NCBI GenBank assembly: GCA_032718475.1
Contig: JAUCBJ010000106.1
Location: 1-61,393 of the forward strand
Direction of reading: 5' to 3'
Length of the DNA: 61,393 nt
Origin: Nemertoderma westbladi
Lineage: Eukaryota > Animalia > Xenacoelomorpha
The position numbers and the translations under genes were made by a program. The notes under the pieces are model-generated. The model was not told where the DNA came from and did no database searches. It was given only the letters and a program-made list of their open reading frames with translations. Of the stretch, positions 56,678 to 61,393 are shown one piece after another. Position 1 is the first letter of the stretch; each line of letters opens with the position of its first letter.

Positions 56678-58867
56678 GTGACTGCAGAGATCAGACTCAG
56701 TTTGAGAGCCAGCAAACCCAGGGCAAGTAAGCAAATCAACTATGACTGGGAGAAACTCACAACTGACAATGCTGTAAAGGATGCTTATACAGTAGAAGTT
56801 CAAAACCGCTATGAAGCACTTCTTCAGTCAATGGATGACCAGTCCAACGATTCAATATACCAGAATATAATTACAGCCCAAAAGGAAACAGCTAAGAGGC
56901 ATATCCCCCAGAAACCCAAACGAAAACAGTATGTGCCATGGCAAAACTCTGAGGTTACTTGTAAGAGAGAAGATCTTAAGATAGCCTACAAAGTTAAAAC
57001 CGAACAACCAACAACCGAAAACATTAACAAGGTTGAGAAAGCTAAGGACGATCTTAAATTGGCCTACAACATCAGCCAGGAAAAGTACATACAGGATAAA
57101 ATTGAAGCTATTACAAATGCTCACATATAGCAACTAACAATCAAGACTTACCTGGCAAACTGTCAATGAGGTATCTGGTCGGAAAACTTGTGCAAAGGAG
57201 CGCCTCAAAGCCGATAGTCCTGAAGAACTTGTTAGGAAGTGGAAAAATCACTTCAGCAACTTGTTTGGGCAGCCACCAAACATCGAGGTCAGCCCTACAA
57301 GGAAAATATATGAAAAGACACTACCTATAGAAACAGGGGACTTCACACCTGCCGAACTCCAAAGAAGCATTAAAAGCATATCCAATAATAAAGCGAGTGG
57401 ATTAGATGAAATTCCAGCAGAGGTATGGAAAACAGGATTGCTAAACAGACCAATATTGAATGTTTGCAACCGGATGTTAAAAGGGGAAAAGCCACCACCA
57501 ATTTGGACTAAAGGTCAACTAAAGCCTCTCCCAAAGAAAGGAGACCTAGGTATACCAACAAACCATGTTGACAAACAACATGGAACCTGTCTGCTTGTGG
57601 TAGCTTCCTAAATATATAATAAAATGATTCTATATAGGATTAGGCCTCACATGGAGAAACTACTGCGTAAGAGGCAAAACGAATTTCGACCAAGTAGATC
57701 AACAATAGCTCAGATACTTGCACTACGGAGACTGATTGAATGAATTAAGTCAAAGAATCTCCCCGCAGTCATGACTTTTGTGGTCTCCAAGAAGGCATTC
57801 AACTCCATCCATAGAGGCAAAATGCTTGAAATCCTAAGAGCTTATGGAATACCAGAAGTAATTGTTGCTGGCATTGGATTGTAATATTGTGTCACAGAAG
57901 CGCAGGTACTCTCACCAGATAGTGAAACGGAGTTTTTCTCAATCCAGGCTGGCGCACTGCAAGGTGACACATTAGCACCATTACTATTTGTAATTCTGCT
58001 GGATTACGCAATGAGGACGGCCACAAAGGGTGAAGATCTGGGATTTACACTTCAAGAACGAAGAAGTAGTAGATATCCGGCAACTACAGTCACAGACACA
58101 CGACTTTGCGGATGACATCCCCCTGCTCTCTAATACGCTAGCAGATGCACAGCTTCTACTAAATAAAGTGGAGAGGAGAGGGCTGCTAAGGAGGTTGGAT
58201 TGCATATAAATGCTACCAAGACCGAATTCATGACCTTTAATGTTGATGGAAACTTGACAACCATTGATAATAATCAACTAAGGAAGGTCGACGACTTCCA
58301 GTACCTTGGATCCTGGATAGAGAGGAGCAAAAAGGACATAAAAGTTAGGAAAGCAAAGACAAGGGTAGGTCTATCAAAAATGGATACCATCTGGAAATCA
58401 GATCTCTCCAGGCACATGAAGACTAAGTTCTATCAAGCCACAGTGGAAAGTGGATTTTTATACGGGGGTGAGACCTGGACACTGACTAAATCACTTGAAC
58501 AACGAATTGATGGTTGCTACATAAAACTACTGAGGGCAGCCCTAAACATCAGCTGGAGACAACACATGACAAACGCTGAGCTTTATGGTACAATACCACC
58601 TGTATCAACCACTCTCCGTGAACGCAGATTAAGATTCAGTGGGCACTGCTGGTGAAGTAAAGACAAGGTCATACCAGATCCACTTTTCTGGCAACAAACT
58701 CATGGTAAGCGTAGTCGTGAACGAGCTGCCATAACATATATAGATCAACTTGAAAGGGATACTGAACTTGGGGAAACGAAATTACGACAACTATGGAGAA
58801 TCGGGAAGCCTGGAAGGATCTCATTTCCACTGTCCGAGTTCGCTCGATCTAGTAGTAGTAGTAGTAG
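56678..58867 (+). mobile_element. RTE-clade LINE, 5'-truncated, degraded RT
   Basis: KASGLDEIPAE, LPKKGDL, QGDTLAPLLF, DFADD, FQYLGS, LYGGETWTLTK and RRLRFSGH; (TAG)n tail; imperfect AGCTAT flanking duplication. Confidence 0.92.
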
Positions 58868-58879
58868 CTATATCTAACT

Positions 58880-59100
58880 TTTGTCAAGGGATTACACACG
58901 GCGTCTGAAGGCTTTTCCCAGTACAGCCACCCTCCCCCCCCCCCCCCCCCCCAACCTCAGAACTATACTCCCCAATGGAAACTGGTACACATTTGGTTAT
59001 CATTGAAGGATGCAAGGCAGATACGCGCCCTGGTAAATCCCTTTCTTTAAAAATTAATCATTTCCTGGTGCCAATACAGGGTCTCAACCCAAGACATACA
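58880..59100 (-). mobile_element. SINE related to 13444-13737
   Basis: Shared AGGGATTAC, GAAACT.GTAC.CATTT and AAGGATGCAAGGCAGA blocks. Confidence 0.5.
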
Positions 59101-59221
59101 GAGCCTATATAGAGTCAGACAAGTGGTTATCTATCCGGAGATTGAATCCAAAACCCTTGGATACATTAACAAATTTTTCTTTAAATTACTTATTCATTAT
59201 TACATCAATGAATGAAAAACC

Positions 59222-59450
59222 TTAGAGGTGTAAGACAAGACGGGATGTTATCCGCAATTATTTTTTATTTCTATATATGTGTAGTCTTTTTCAGGAGATT
59301 GATAACAGTGGTCTTGGTGCGCACATAAAGGCAGAATCTTTCGGTGCCATGAGCTACGGTGATAATATCATCCTTGCAGCAAACATGAAGTCTGATGCAG
59401 AGAAACTTTTGGCCCTATGTTGCACGCAATTACTTTTGAAAGACATAGTT
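59222..59450 (+). pseudogene. Non-LTR reverse transcriptase fragment
   Basis: RGVRQDGMLSAIIF and SYGDNIILAA are degenerate GVRQG..LSP.LF and YADD motifs. Confidence 0.65.
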
Positions 59451-59826
59451 GCTTCTAAACATAAAAAAGACTCATTTCATATACCTGAATAGAGGAATAG
59501 AGCCGGAACGAGCTATGGAGAGTTATCATTGGAATTAATAAATGGGACAGACATCATTGATGTGGTTTCTGTGAAGGATTGCAACTTATCTTGGAATGCA
59601 CTTTCCCATGACGTCGCAATCTTGATTCAGTTTGTAAAATGTAAAATTTGTAAATGTGTCAGCAGGGTGGAGGCATATCGTGGTCATTGCATTAACAGTG
59701 TGGAATTTTGTATCGAATCATAAAATTAACCTCACCATATTTTGCACTTATTACTGAACCTCCTCTTCCTGATTTAATAAAAGTTTAGGAAGTAAACGCT
59801 GTTTCAACCCCCCAATGTATTCGGCC

Positions 59827-60209
59827 GTTAAAGTGATCAGCCGGTTGTATGTAGCAGACAAATAGGCGCCAGTTAATGGCTAACTAGGAAATACGCGGCG
59901 TCATTTGCAGCCGATAACAAGGGATAAACGAACACCTATGGTGTAGATCCATTCATTGGGTCTATTGTAACCAGTTAGGCCTAAGGGACGTCGACATGCA
60001 GAGTGGTATATAATTAAGACCCCTGCTGGGTAGGGCCTCCTTACACTCCTCTTACGTAATTAGTTTTAGTTTGGCATTGTCGAATTTTCTGGAGCAGTAG
60101 GCTTACTGTGTTGTATACTGTAAAAGTCATGGCCGGTTGTTGCTCATCGCTCCCAACAGTAAAGTTAAGGGAGTCCAACCAAAGCTTGTAACTCTATTTG
60201 TCCGTTTAA
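59827..60209 (+). repeat. Dispersed ~380-bp repeat, copy 2
   Basis: Highly similar to 56079-56458. Confidence 0.85.
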
Positions 60210-60269
60210 ATATTTTTACAGTTCTTCAAATTAATTTTAAATTAAATAAGGACCATTTATAAAACCTTT

Positions 60270-61074
60270 TTTCCACAGTTAGTTTAACCGCTGTCCTAAC
60301 CTTTGTTCCTCAGTTAGTTTAACCGCTGTACTAACCTTTATTCCTCAGTTAGTTTAACCGCTGTACTAACCTTTATTCCTCAGTTAGTTTAACCGCTGTT
60401 CTAACCTTTGTTCATTAGTTAGTTTAACCGTTGTTCTAACCTTTATTCCTCAGTTAGTTTAACCGCTGTCCTAACCTTTGTTCCACAGTTAGTTTAACCG
60501 CTGTCCTAACCTTTGTTCCTCAGTTAGTTTAACCGCTGTACTAACCTTTATTCCTCAGTTAGTTTAACCGCTGTACTAACCTTTATTCCTCAGTTAGTTT
60601 AACCGCTGTTCTAACCTTTGTTCATTAGTTAGTTTAACCGCTGTCCTAACCTTTGTTCCGCAGTTAGTTTAACCGCTGTCCTAACCTTTGTTCCTCAGTT
60701 AGTTTAACCGTTGTTCTAACCTTTATTCCTCAGTTAGTTTAACCGCTGTCCTAACCTTTGTTCCGCAGTTAGTTTAACCGATGTCATAACCTTTGTTCCT
60801 CAGTTAGTTTAACCGTTGTTCTAACCTTTGTTCCTCAGTTTGTTTAACCGTTGTTCTAACCTTTGTTCCTCAGTTAGTTTAACCGATGTCATAACCTTTG
60901 TTCCTCAGTTAGTTTAACCGTTGTTCTAACCTTTGTTCCTCAGTTTGTTTAACCGTTGTTCTAACCTTTGTTCCTCAGTTAGTTTAACCGATGTCATAAC
61001 CTTTGTTCCTCAGTTAGTTTAACCGTTGTTCTAACCTTTGTTCCTCAGTTAGTTTAACCGTTATTCTAACCTTT
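60270..61074. repeat. Minisatellite, 35-bp unit, ~23 copies
   Basis: CAGTTAGTTTAACCGCTGTCCTAACCTTTGTTCCT head-to-tail with no spacers. Confidence 0.97.
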
Positions 61075-61393
61075 TTGGAGACAGTTTCATCACCTAATTT
61101 ATCTTTAATCAATGGAATTATCACGCAAGTTAGAAGGAATTGTGGAACCGTGCAGCCGTGCATTAAAAACGCATTGAACAAATAACTTAAATGATCGCAT
61201 AGTTCGGACGGCCCATTATTAAGGCAATCAGAATCAAATCCGAAAGCAACGTCCGTTGTAGAACTCTTAAGCCTATGTACGGCCTCGGCGACCAAGTCCG
61301 GCGTTACACGAGGAAAATTTGCCAAAGTACAATGACTTAGTTTTTCCGAAATCTGATCCTTTAACGATTCTGGAAAACAGAACCTCTCCATCT
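61075..61393 (-). mobile_element. LINE ORF2 fragment (pre-RT region), truncated by the minisatellite
   Basis: VTPDLVAEAVHRLK...LSYLFNAFLMHG..P.....VIIPLIKDKLGD is typical of RT domain 0 in L2/CR1-like LINEs. Confidence 0.8.

Noticed and set aside
56079-60209. LTR pair of a composite element
   Set aside because: No TG...CA ends, TSD, PBS or PPT, and the interior is unrelated LINE and SINE debris.
60270-61074. CRISPR array (35-bp repeats)
   Set aside because: Units are head-to-tail with no unique spacers, there are no cas genes, and the context is eukaryotic.

Overview
Eukaryotic, AT-rich, probably invertebrate DNA made almost entirely of nested mobile elements. (1) A complete 19.3-kb Polinton/Maverick (adintovirus-like endogenous DNA virus) at 35434-54711 has AGT...ACT ends, ~390-bp TIRs and a perfect 6-bp TSD (CATTAC). 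It encodes a frameshifted pPolB, RVE integrase, A32 ATPase, adenain protease, major capsid protein, two tandem pentons and two core-like proteins. Its unusual accessory set is a TATA-binding-protein homologue, a membrane-anchored pseudo-dUTPase, a double PC4-like protein and a possible DEDD/Maelstrom-like nuclease. (2) A young non-autonomous BEL/Pao LTR element (14247-26241; 1259-bp LTRs, CGGTC TSD) has an intact gag-protease ORF but no RT or integrase. (3) A 5'-truncated second BEL/Pao element follows (26392 to ~33805). Both BEL elements carry a homologous non-env 3' ORF with three zinc knuckles and a WExxADxH motif. (4) Also present: an RTE LINE, other LINE fragments, SINEs, several MITEs, two minisatellites, a tRNA-Ser pseudogene, and a tRNA-like Pol III unit whose anticodon arm is replaced by a minimal hammerhead ribozyme. 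Two phase-compatible ankyrin-repeat exons on the minus strand (55009-55134 and 10641/10710-10835) suggest the central ~44 kb is one TE-inflated host intron. All calls come from motif recognition by eye; no database searches were run.
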